Shown here: positions 29,591-40,862 of the stretch, piece after piece | How the letters are laid out: each line of letters opens with the position of its first letter | Numbering within the stretch: position 1 is the stretch's first letter | Source: Chrysomallon squamiferum | Lineage: Eukaryota > Animalia > Mollusca | Direction: 5' to 3' | Assembly (NCBI GenBank): GCA_012295275.1 | Contig: CM022666.1 | Span: 2,232,001 to 2,296,000 of the forward strand | Length of the DNA stretch: 64,000 bases | The notes under the pieces: generated by a model | The model's database searches: none | What the model saw: only the letters and a program-made list of their open reading frames with translations | Told to the model about the DNA's origin: nothing | Position numbers and translations under genes: made by a program

Positions 29591-32500
29591 TATATATATA
29601 TGAATTTTTCAAAAGATGCCAGCTGAAAATTATTTATAAAAATAGAGATCCTCTGTTTCATCTTATTATTATAATTTATTTATTATTATTATTATTAGTA
29701 GTAGTAGTAGTAGTAGTAGTACATATTTTAATTTTAAATAAAGTCTAAAAATTTATATAAGAAATTAACATTAAAAAATAAATTTTGAAAATATTTCAGA
29801 ACCATACTTTAGAATTCTACTAGCAGTTTCAAGATTGTAAATTTCATTTTAAAAAATTGTGGACTTCAGCTAAAAAATAAAAATAATGGAAGAATAAAAC
29901 TGTTACCTCTAACAAATCCCTACATCTTTGGATGAAGGCGTCTATCTGGGCAAAGATGCTGCTTTGATCAAGAACCCAGGGAACTGGAGAAAACCTGTGA
30001 TGTGTTCTGGATGTCTGGACAAACAAACACATGTTGTTAATCATAAGGTGAATGATTATTAAGGTATATCAAAAAAAATATAATAATAAAAAAATAAAAT
30101 AAAATAATATATAAATAAATAAATAAATAAATAAATAAATAGATTAATTAATTAATTAATGGAAATATGTCTCATAAAAAATAAGGTGAATCTTATTAAA
30201 AATAAAAATAAAGAAAACATTTCAATCTTCAGATAAAGAAACTGGTGAAGAAATCTTTATTTTTTGATACTAAGACAAAAACAAATTTCCAGAAAAAATT
30301 GTATTAAATAAAAAAAAAATGCGAAACTTATTAAAAATGAAAATAAAACATTTTAAACTTCAAATAAAAAATTGTGAAGAAATATTTTTGTAATACTAAG
30401 ACAAGAACAAACAAAAATAAACATAAAAAAAATAATAAATTGTACTAAATAACACACCCATGTTGATATATAATACAATAATAAAAAAAAAAATATTTTT
30501 TATCTAAATTTAGATATAGGACAGAACTATGATTAAAAAAATATATAATTTAAATTTTAATATAGATATTGATATAAACTAAACTATGATTTAAAAAATA
30601 AATAATTTTAGTTTTAATACAGATACTGAAATTAACCAACCTTTTCATACACTTCTTTCCACTCTTCACAACATTTGATGCAGTCTTTGAGAGTCTGTAT
30701 TCCAGACATCACATACCCGTCAAATATCCGATCCAGATCAATGTCTGCACAGCATCTCCGAATAATCTCATTACTCATCTGAAAACAATCGTAAATTCAC
30801 AAACATACACATCTTTCCAGCAAACCAGTGCAGTAACAAACAAATCACATATGAAAGCAAAACATGCTCATTTTATGTCATTCTTCTATTACAATTTCTT
30901 AGATATGCCCTAGAAACTTGTCCAGTAACAAACAAATTAAGTATCAAAGCAAAATGTGTTCATTTTATGTCATCCTGACTATTACAGTTTCCAGGATCTG
31001 TCCCCAAGAACTGTGCCTAAGAGATTTTTTTCCAAAATATAAAATAACAAACCTTTTTCAGGATTCCTGTCAGTCTCTCTCTAGTTTTGTAGAACTCTGA
31101 GTTCACCCAGATCATCCTAATGAGGTTGAGGATTTTCTGCAGCATTTGTGGAATGTCCTTGGGTTTAGCATCTGCCAATTCGTGGCAAGGATCTTTGAGA
31201 ATTGAGAGAAATTTCAAATTGCTCTCTGCTTGCCTGGAACCCTCCTGAAAGAACAAGAATATAAAAAAATATATATATGAAGTATATATACATGTTTGTC
31301 ATCCATAAAATTAAACTAATATAAGCTGTGAATTTTAGATATGTGAATTGTTTAAAATGTAATTTTTTTCACTCTTATATTCACTGTTACTAAATTTATG
31401 TTTATAAAATTAAAATAAAAGATCTCTCTTCCTGAATACATTAAAATGTTGTTGAACAATTATGGAACCTACAAAATCAACTAATTCAAAAATATATTTA
31501 AAAACAATCTTTTAACTATAAGAGATTTCAATAACAATTGCAAAAACTGTTATGCCTACCTTAATCTGTCCAGACAGTTTGAGAAATGGAGTAACGTAGG
31601 AAGACTTGGCAAGCTCCAAAATCTGAGTGATTCTTTTGATTCCTGGCTTGTCGAGCTGGGAGCTTATCCCAGACAAATCGGCACATCGGTCCTTCCAGAA
31701 CTCTATCTCATCAAGATGGACCAGAGTTTTCTGCCATCTCATAGGCATCCTGAGTACTGAGCACCTCTTTGATTTGTCTTGCCCAGTGAATCATAGCAGC
31801 TGATTAATTAAATGTAAAAATATTTTAAAAATGCATTTTAGTTGGAGGGTTTTTATATCATTTAATCAATTTTAGATTTCAAATATTGATGGCTGCCTGA
31901 CAGTTAAGTAATTAAAACCAAAAAAACAGATTTCAGTTTGTTGTGATACCATTTTTAACACAAGAACAAAATCAGTTTTCAAACCTCTTTCAGGTTTTCA
32001 GATAACAGAATATCTATCTACCTGTACACACCACAAAATTTTAAAACAACAACTTTAATATTACTTTCTAGTCTTTGTACAAGCTCTTTGTTTTTAGCTG
32101 CTTCTTCTTGTGACATCTGCATGCCCTCCGATGGAATATACAGCACAGTTTTGCCCTCCAGTTTCCATCGTGTGTCTGTCAGGTTAGCTAGAAACCTGTG
32201 AAGCCTGGCAGAGAAATCATTTTTGATACCTTAAAAGTGTTAAGGAAAAAATACTGGAGAAACAAAAAGCTGAATAATGCCAAAAACCGAAACGTTTTCT
32301 AACCAAAATCATGTTCATATCCACTACTTGTTACTATTTGTTTTTATAGATAATTGAGAAGAATGAGTTGAATATTCTGTTAAAAGGTAACAAAATATAA
32401 AAAATGTATTTATATTTAGAAATGTTCAAGTAAATAAAATGTTAATAATAAATAATGTATAAATAAATGAATAAATAAATTATGAAAAATAAAAAATGTT

Positions 32501-34207
32501 TAAAAAATTTATATAATTAATAATATTAACTTTCTAAAAATGTAAAAATGTAAAATAAATAAATAAATAAATAAATATTTATAATAAATAACATATAAAT
32601 AATAATAATAACTTTCTAAAAATGTAAAAATAACATAAATAAATGACAAAAATAAAATAAAATAAAATAAAATAAAATAAAATAAAATAAAATAAAATAA
32701 AATAAAATAAAACAAAACAAAACAAAACAAAACAAAACAAAACAAATATTTTTAAATAAAATAAAAATAAAAATATATTACAAAACAAATAAATCTTAAA
32801 AACAGAACAAAACTAAAATAACTTCAAGGATACTGTCTGGCCAGGATGTGTTTTCAAAAAATATGGGTGCATAAATGCCTATCATTGTTCGTAGCAGACT
32901 TTCAATATGCCCAGCCTTCACTGTTCCATATTGCACTGTGTTATAAAAGTTTTCAGGAGTTATCTCCTTTGAAGGATTTGTCTTTATGAAATAGGTCAGC
33001 TGATCCACACTAAAACTTGGAATCTTGTGCTCAATACAGAATCCCCGATACTGGTCATTATAGGCAACCATGAGTTTAAGATTTGAGTCAGTGATAAACA
33101 TTTTCACAGCCTCAGTGTGACCATCTCCCCATAGTTCAGGTTTCCAGTTGGTTACTGTTATTCTTTCCTTGAACATCTCGTGCTGAAAATAATAACAATA
33201 ATAATGATAATAATAACAATGATAATAATGATGATAATAATAATAATAATAATAATAAAAAGATAATAATAATGTAACGATGATAATGATGAAAATAATA
33301 ACAATGATAATAATAAAAACAAAAATGATGATGATGTAAATAGTAATTATAATAGTAATATTAAAGCTAATAATAAATAATGATAATAATGATAACAGTA
33401 ATAAAAGCACTTATATCAGAAATCACAGTTGTAATGTAATATCAATTATGATAATAATACAGTAGTTGTAGTAATAGCAACAGTTGATCATGTCTTAATT
33501 AATTTCTCTTTCTGACAGTAACACAATATTTTTCATATTTAATAAACCACTTTTAATTTTTTAATTTATCTTCTTCTTTTTTTGAATTTTTTTTTTTTTG
33601 AAATTTTATTAAATAATTGAATTTTTAAAAAAAATGAGAATCTACAAGTACTTATGAAATCTCAACTTACCACAACAGCTTGCTGGTCTTCTGTTGTTAT
33701 TTCAAGCTGTTGCTCAGTGAGTTCCACCTCTTCCTGAGTTTCACCTTCTTTTGGCGCTTCTGCAGGGGGCACATCCTGGGCTGGTGTTGTTTCTGCCGCA
33801 AAAAAAAAAAAAAAATCCACCGAATTTATCATTGAGAAAGAGCTTAAATAACACTTCAGCATTCTTCATATGAATGTTTGAGACACAAGTATTTCTGGCA
33901 GAATGATGATGACAAGAAACATATTGCTTAGTGGGCTATAATTACAAAGTAGCAAAAAGGAATCTTTTATATACACCTTCCCAAAGAAAGCAGAGTATGT
34001 AGTGAGAAAAACAGAGCTTTTATAAAACAAATACTTAAATAAATAAATAAATAAATAAAAACCCTATTAAAATTGTAACAAATAATTTAAAAGCTATAAA
34101 TGATATCACAAATAAACAAGGACATTTCTTAATGTTTGTGGTTGCATAAGTATTTTTCTGTTATCAAAAGCCCAACTGGTTAATTAAATAATAATAATAA
34201 TAATAAT

Positions 34208-34299
<92 letters not shown>

Positions 34300-36271
34300 A
34301 ACAAAAACAAAACAACCTAACACAAATAAACAAAATTTATAAATAACAATTTATAAGTATAAAAAATATAACAAGCAAAGAATGGTTCATATATGTTCAT
34401 GCAAACATACATAATTAACAAAAATAACAAAGAAAATACAACTGTAATCAATACAGTAAAAATGTTAAAAGAAAGGCATGAACTGAAAACTGAGAATTAT
34501 AAAATAAAGCAGATATAAGCTGAACAATTTCTATTGTGATAAAACACACCAACTTGTTTGCAGCTGCATAACAAAACATCAATCTCAGTAACAAATTTAA
34601 TCTAAAAATTTGTTTTGTGTTTTTTATTAAGGAAAAAAATTTAAAATATGATATATAACAGTTTATATACAAAATATTAACTTTTTTCAATTCAGTTATA
34701 AACAACAATTTAAGCTTACCTTCTTTGATATCTTTATTACGAGAAAAATCAAAATATAAATTAAGGAGTACAAACATCTCCTTTAACAAATACGGTGAAA
34801 AAATTTAGGCCCTATATTCTTTAATTTACATTAGAAAATCAGTTTAAATAAAATCCACGATTCATCTTCTATGGTTTTTTTTAGTTTATTATGAAAAACA
34901 ATTAAACAATAATTAATTTGGCAAAACACTGTGAAATAATTTATTGCCTTTTACTTTTTCAGTTATGAATTCCTTATCTACTAAATAAAATTAAACAGTT
35001 CCGATCTCAGAAAAACATTGTGAAATAATTAAACTGCTTAATGTTAAGATCATAAATTCTGTATAAATTATAATCTAAAACTCACCTTCAGTGACTTCTT
35101 TATAATGGAAATTTTAAAAAAAAAAGATAAAAACAAAAAAAAGCTTTTATATCATTTCACTAAACGTGAATTGTTTATCCTTTTTAGTTCATATTAACAT
35201 TTAATATTAATATTTATACAGCTGTTTTAAAATCTGAATAATTGTTTGGGTTAACATTATAACAACCAAGTTTTGTTTTCGAAGAATGAATATTTGCATG
35301 GCAACAGGAGGAAAGTGTTAATATAATATAGAAGACGTCTGTTGTGGAATATCTTCATGAAAACATAAATGGACTCAGTGTATACATGTATACAATTATA
35401 TATGCATAAATACTCGGTAACTAAAGAGATTCATTTCAATAACAAGAAATTTAGACTTAATACCTGAGCAAAACATGAACAGTTATTACTGTGTATTGAG
35501 TAATTATTATTAAGTTTGTAGACATTCACTTCATTAAAAATGATTTTTTGTTGACTTATACATGCATAAATATCATATAATAAATCTATACACCAAATCT
35601 AAAGATATGCAGATCTGTAAAAAACACCAAAACTTTTAGACTTAATACCTGAGCTGAATATATTCATGCATAAATATTTGTTCAACAAGTTTGCAAACCA
35701 AATCTAAAGACATTCAGTTCATTAAAACTTTTAGCCTTAATACCTGAACAACATTTATGCATTTTAAAATTTATTTTTAACCAAATTTATAGACATTTAG
35801 CTCCTTAAAAAAATATTTAGACTTAATACCTAAGCAAAATTTATACATTCATAAATATTGAACAACAAGATAGCAAACTGAATCTAAAAACATCCAGTTT
35901 GATATAGTATAGATTCAGTATAGATTCAGTACAGGAAAAAAAAAAAAATATCAAAAATACGTGAGCACAAGTTATAAAATGTCTGCAGATAAAATCTAAA
36001 GAAAATCGTTTCATTAATAATGTTCAGACTCACTTGTATCAGAGGCTCGAATCTGTCCCTCAGATGCTTCTGGTCCTGCTGCATCAGGTTGGGGTGTGCT
36101 TCTCTTTGATCCTTTTGGCGTGCTGTGTTTTGATGACCGTGGAGTTACCGTTTTAGAACTGGACTTTGAACCTGCTTTTGATCCAGACTTTGATGGTGTA
36201 CGTGATCCAGGCCTCGATCCAGGCTTGGATTCTGATTTTGCTTCGACCGGAGATTCCTCCTTGTCGGACAT
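1..36271 (-). CDS. DNAH2: Axonemal dynein heavy chain, DNAH2-like (inner arm I1/f beta); 5' part only, 45 coding exons, continues beyond position 1
   Basis: Phase-checked GT-AG exons, 5' to 3': 36271-36034, 33792-33671, 33182-32834, 32229-32065, 31799-31560, 31244-31053, 30778-30641, 30014-29907, 29451-29246, 28727-28598, 27984-27802, 27393-27259, 25411-25333, 24838-24692, 24030-23739, 23576-23469, 21482-21312, 20713-20582, 20180-19969, 19432-19232, 18679-18523, 18150-18061, 17482-17234, 16589-16428, 15895-15773, 15103-14966, 14507-14425, 13809-13629, 13205-13067, 12583-12366, 11688-11590, 11222-11097, 10479-10369, 9902-9420, 8811-8631, 8370-8243, 7960-7808, 7291-7166, 6662-6444, 6077-5960, 3106-2827, 2413-2255, 1553-1310, 823-628, 55-<1. 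Dynein motifs: [17 protein letters not shown] (linker), [25 protein letters not shown]1 GPAGTGKT and [34 protein letters not shown]2 [24 protein letters not shown]3 GPVGTGKT. The DNAH2 paralog call rests on my recognition of tail and AAA1 sequences. Four 1-nt indels are described in findings. Confidence 0.93.
136..290. repeat. (ATAG)/(ATAGAT)n microsatellite
   Basis: Read directly. Confidence 0.9.
435..620. repeat. (CA)n/(TG)n microsatellite, ~185 bp
   Basis: Read directly; begins a few nt into the intron after dynein exon 823-628. Confidence 0.97.
1820..2275. repeat. Tandem repeat (45-bp units nested in a ~140-bp duplication) containing a dynein splice donor
   Basis: acacataccccacactccacattacag occurs with donor junctions at 2255, 2210, 2165, 2102 and 1963. 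Confidence 0.92.
3770..5000. repeat. 25-bp minisatellite GACTAACTGATATTTGTGTTTCAGT
   Basis: About 30 near-identical units at ~4190-5000, decaying leftwards to ~3770; lies in dynein intron 3107-5959. Confidence 0.95.
9420..9902 (-). CDS. DNAH2: Dynein exon encoding the AAA1 P-loop region
   Basis: 483-nt open exon [13 protein letters not shown]...[24 protein letters not shown]...FSGLAQ, flanked by cag and gtctgt. Confidence 0.97.
21448..22760. repeat. ~115-145-bp tandem array; each unit carries a dynein acceptor site plus the first 35 nt of exon 21482-21312
   Basis: Nine intronic copies of ctctgtgtaccRctgccacgactgttgtacctgcatttaaaa in addition to the true exon copy, separated by CA-rich spacers. 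Confidence 0.95.
25435..25540. repeat. ~52-bp direct duplication, with a degenerate third copy near 25675
   Basis: ttagtgataactgtaccaaaa...atatctaaatat present twice in tandem. Confidence 0.75.
32230..32833 (-). other. U12-type (minor spliceosome) GT-AG intron in the dynein gene
   Basis: Donor GTATCCTT (plus 32826-32833) and branch site TTCCTTAAC (plus 32239-32247) ending 9 nt before the exon. Splicing restores WPD-S-IKNDF. Confidence 0.9.
34190..34296. repeat. (AAT)n microsatellite, representative of dozens of AAT/AAAT/AAAAT/CA tracts in the introns
   Basis: Read directly. Similar tracts at ~860-980, 9110-9410, 15150-15430, 16290-16420, 24280-24660, 32650-32745, 40680-40860 and 56025-56115. 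Confidence 0.95.
35380..35900. repeat. Degenerate ~90-bp-period tandem repeat
   Basis: tttagacttaatacctRag recurs near 35450, 35635, 35730 and 35817, alternating with atgcataaata and caaatctaaaga blocks. Confidence 0.7.
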
Positions 36272-37282
36272 TTTAACTGTTTGAATCTCTGTGTGAGGGA
36301 AACAAAAAAAACAAAAAAAAAGATGAATATGTCTTGAAAATATATATATAAATATATATATATTTTTTTTTAAACTGTAATTGTATCTGCAATGGAACAA
36401 ACTGCCCAAATATATTTTGGATACTTCTACCATTTTTTTATTTTTTTACTATTTACTTTTTATTTATTTATTTATTTATTTATTTATTTGGGGGTAATTT
36501 TTGGGTATTGGGTGACAGCCTTTGATCCTGATTAATATTTTGAATAAAATATATAACTCAGAAGAGTATATGGAAAATAGCATTGTTAGTTTTTAAAATG
36601 ATATCTCAATTATGTTATATAAAAATGTAACAAATTAAAATAAAATACATCTCCTGAACAATTATGTAAATCACTATTACATTTTTAGCCTATTTTGAAT
36701 TACTTTTGTAACAGAAATATAAAAAAAAAAAACAAGAGAAAATGTATTTAATTATAAACTTGCTATTTTAGACCTTCTCTTTAAAATATGACCTCTAATT
36801 AATTCTGATTGTTAATTACATTAAAATATCCTTATTCATTACAGTATACTAGATAAATGTAACAAGTAAGAGGTTTATTTAGTTTTGTTTTATTTCTTCT
36901 TCTTCTTTTTTTTTTTAATGAAACAGAAAGATGTTGATAGTGCGATAATGAATTTGTGCAAGTATCATGTTGGCATTATGATTATTTAATCGTGTACTTT
37001 TAATGTTGTATCAAACTTTGATTAATAATTAACGTTATTTAATTCTTTTTCTAGTTCCTATTGATAACTGCTAAAGGTAGCGTTCAGAGAGTTTTCATAT
37101 AAAAAATATATATATTATTTTATTTACATATGATACTGATTTTTAATGATTACAATTTCAGTAACAATAAATGATTAAAGGTTTATAACGAAAACATATT
37201 ATATTACCATATATTTTTGTAATAATGCATTCATTTATTAAAATGATCAGTGAAATATATATCTGCTAAAATAGAAACAAAC

Positions 37283-37500
37283 CTGTCCTTCCTATAAAGT
37301 GTAATAACTTTAAATATATTAATTCTTAAAAAAGGAAATATAGCACTTTACAAATGTCGTTTGCTATCAGTGATCAGAAAGCAATTGTTTGCTTCGTCCT
37401 TAACGACGGCTTCGTTATTTGTCGGAAGTATTCGTCAACTGACTGATCCTTGGTCATAAATCCAGAATAAGAAGCAGAATCTAAAATACAAAATAAGAGA
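37283..37500. promoter_or_regulatory. Probable shared divergent promoter for the dynein gene and ASCC1
   Basis: Local CpG-containing patch between the two 5' ends. It has forkhead TGTTTGC (37386-37392), X-box-like GTCCTTAACGAC (37396-37407) and ETS CGGAAGT (37423-37429). Candidate non-coding first-exon donors: minus cag/gtttgt at 37282 and plus aag/gtaacg at 37751. Confidence 0.55.
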
Positions 37501-38001
37501 CCAGTCTAGTATGTGCTTCGGAAATTATCGTCATTTGGAATTATATGCTTGATGCATTTTAGCTTTTATTGGTTATCTTATGATGTGTCATTTAAATTCA
37601 AGAGGTCATAATTTGCGGAAATAAATGATGCCAAGTGCCTAGTCTTCTGCTAATAGATAAATAGGGGAAATCATCCAAAATGAAACTAAGAATATCAGCA
37701 TATTCTGACAGTGTAATATTAAATCAGTAAACATTAAGAAATTTAGAAAGGTAACGATATTGGTTTCAGATAAATGATTGCCTTCATTTGTTTCAAAGTG
37801 AAAGTTTTGTTCTTTTCAGTTCTGATACGAATGTATGATATGATACGTATAATTTAGTTTTTAAATATGTTTTTATTTTTAGAAATATATATATATATTC
37901 ACACACATAACTCTTTACTTATTTTTATAATAATAATAATAATAATAATCATAATAATAATAATAATAATAATAATTATTATTATTATTATGATTATTAT
38001 G

Positions 38002-38034
<33 letters not shown>

Positions 38035-38565
38035 GCAATTTTTGCATTTTTTGTTGTTATTATTAGTTTTTAATATTTTAATAAATTAACCATGAAATTA
38101 TTATTTATCATGTTTATATACAATACATTACCAAATATGTTCAGTAATAGAATATATCATTTTATACTGAAGCAAATTAATATTCAAATATGTTTTGAAA
38201 TGTAATTTATTTAACCATCATAATAATAAAAGTTCATGATTTTTGTAATCTATACATATTTTAAATCTGAGATTATACATTTTAAATACATGTTGATCAT
38301 TCATGTTTAGATATGACCTAACCCATTAAGAAATTGCATTGTTATTATTATTAAATATATTTCATTCCAGTTTTGAATGATTTTTGTTCTTTTCTTTTCT
38401 TTCTTTATTTAATTATATAAAAATTATTGTTTCATAAGTTTCAGAGAAAAATTTTATATTCACCTTCCTATAATAATTCTTTTTGCCTTGTTTTTCAGAT
38501 ATAAATAAATCTATGTTTTAGTATCACTTTATTGACCTCTGACATCTCAGGTGCTAGACTTTGTC

Positions 38566-38780
38566 ATGGATATTTTGAAGCCATCCTTTATTTGGATAGG
38601 TAATAGGTGTTATCGTAAAAATCCCATGCTTCAGAGGGAAGGAAATTTGGCAGAAGAGGATGAATTTTCAGGTAGATATTTAAATTCTACTTGAGTACTG
38701 TTGAATGTATACATGTTTAGTACACTTTTAAGTTGTTAAATGTAAAGATTAAGATGTCGAATTTTTTAGCAGATAGAAGC

Positions 38781-38811
<31 letters not shown>

Positions 38812-39548
38812 CATAAAAACACACACACACATACATATACATACTTTCATATATACACACATGCATACAATATATACATTACATTTATACATACATAAAA
38901 ATATGTAGGAATATACACACACACACACACACACATATATATGTACTTACCACACACGCACACAAACACAAATGCTTTAATACATACACAAATACATAAA
39001 TAAACACATGTGCATTCAACACTGCTTCATGATCTGTGGATCCCAGGATCAATTCTTCTCGTCTGGCTACATCCTATTCCAAAATATTCTTCATAGTCGA
39101 TGTAAGTGCTTTCCTTTTTGTTTGAAAGAGAACTTAAAAGAATCTCTGCTGCCAGCTGATAAGAAACATTTTCTTATTCTCATCACAAAACTACATAACT
39201 CTTGTCTGACAAAAGTTAATTAATATAACAATGCATTATTATTTAATTTTAACAAATGTTCATGTTTTGGGGCGATTTTTTTTTAATTTCAGCTGACATG
39301 ACAGACAGAATATATTCAGATGAGGCATGTGATGAGGCTGTTGATGTTGAGGAAACAAAAGATGGATTTAAAATAAGTCTGGATGTGCCCAGCATTTTTT
39401 TCAAATTTATCATTGGCAAGAGAGGGGAAACAAAAAAGACAATTGAGACTCAGACCCGTACACAGATCAGAATACCAAAACAAGGACAGGAAGGACCAAT
39501 AGGTGAGGGGCAAATATATTCTGAAAATTTGATTGGTTGTTGTTTTTG

Positions 39549-39589
<41 letters not shown>

Positions 39590-40285
39590 TTAATATTTAT
39601 TTATTTATTTATTATTTAATGCTTTTCAATTTTTCTTTTTGAAAACTAATTGAAATTATTTAAATTTTTTAGAAATTTATTATATAAAATGTAATTGATT
39701 TGACAATAAAATAACAAATGTATAATATTCTTAATTCTTCTAAGTAATTTAGAATGAATAAAATGAATATGTATTTGTTTAAAATACCATAACATATTTT
39801 AATGTTCCTAGTGATTAGAAGTAAATCATAAATTATCAGCAAAATGAAATCTTCATAGACACCTTCACACAGAGTGGGAACATACTACATCTATAATCTA
39901 AATAAAATTTCCATTGGTTGGATTGGGAAATGAATCTTCAGGTTCATTTTGACAAACTGATCTTGCAGTCCTTCATCCTTCAGGTGAGGACTGCAACCAT
40001 AAATACAATTTTCTAAACAAATTTCATAATATGTTACATAGCTTTATAGAAAACTGAATTTTTTATTATTATTATTATTATTAATTTTTTGTTTACAGTT
40101 ATTTTAGGTCACGACAAACCTGGTGTGTGTTCGGCTAAAACAAGAATAGACATGCGGGTTGAAACAGCACGACAGAGGGAGCCGTTCACTCACTTCCTGT
40201 CGTTTCCTGTCAACAGTGAGCATGTCAGAATAAAGTTTGGAGACTTCAAAGATGATGTCTTGAGAGAGTGTGATGGGGTAATAAT

Positions 40286-40316
<31 letters not shown>

Positions 40317-40821
40317 ATTTTTTTTTTTTTTTTTTAAATAAACTATCAGTGTAGTTAATATTATGACACAAAATGTTTGGGTTATGTAGGATTCCTGATT
40401 CTACATCCACATACTGCAGCACATCATTCAATAAAACAAGTCATTTTTGGTTATTTCTTTCTTAATTTAGAACTCTTTTTTTTTCTTAACTTGTGTTAGT
40501 TAAGTAAAGTTAACTAATTTGAACACCGAAATGCACCACAGCTCTACTTGTAAAAATGTTTTGATGTTTCAATTAAAATTCTTTCAAATAAAGCTCAATA
40601 AATATATCAAATGTTTTTTTATTAGATTTATACAATATTTCATTGGTAAGTTTTCATTAGATAAAAATATTTATTTATTTATTATTACTTCTACTACTAC
40701 TATTATATTGTTGTTGTTGTTATTGTTATTATTATTACTACAGTTGCTACTTCTACTGGTGCTACTACTGCTGCTGCTGCTACTACTACTACTACTAATA
40801 CTACTACTACTATTATCATTA

Positions 40822-40862
<41 letters not shown>

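Noticed and set aside
39008-39223. 71-aa ORF or possible snoRNA in ASCC1 intron 1
   Set aside because: No recognisable protein motif and no convincing C/D boxes with a terminal stem.
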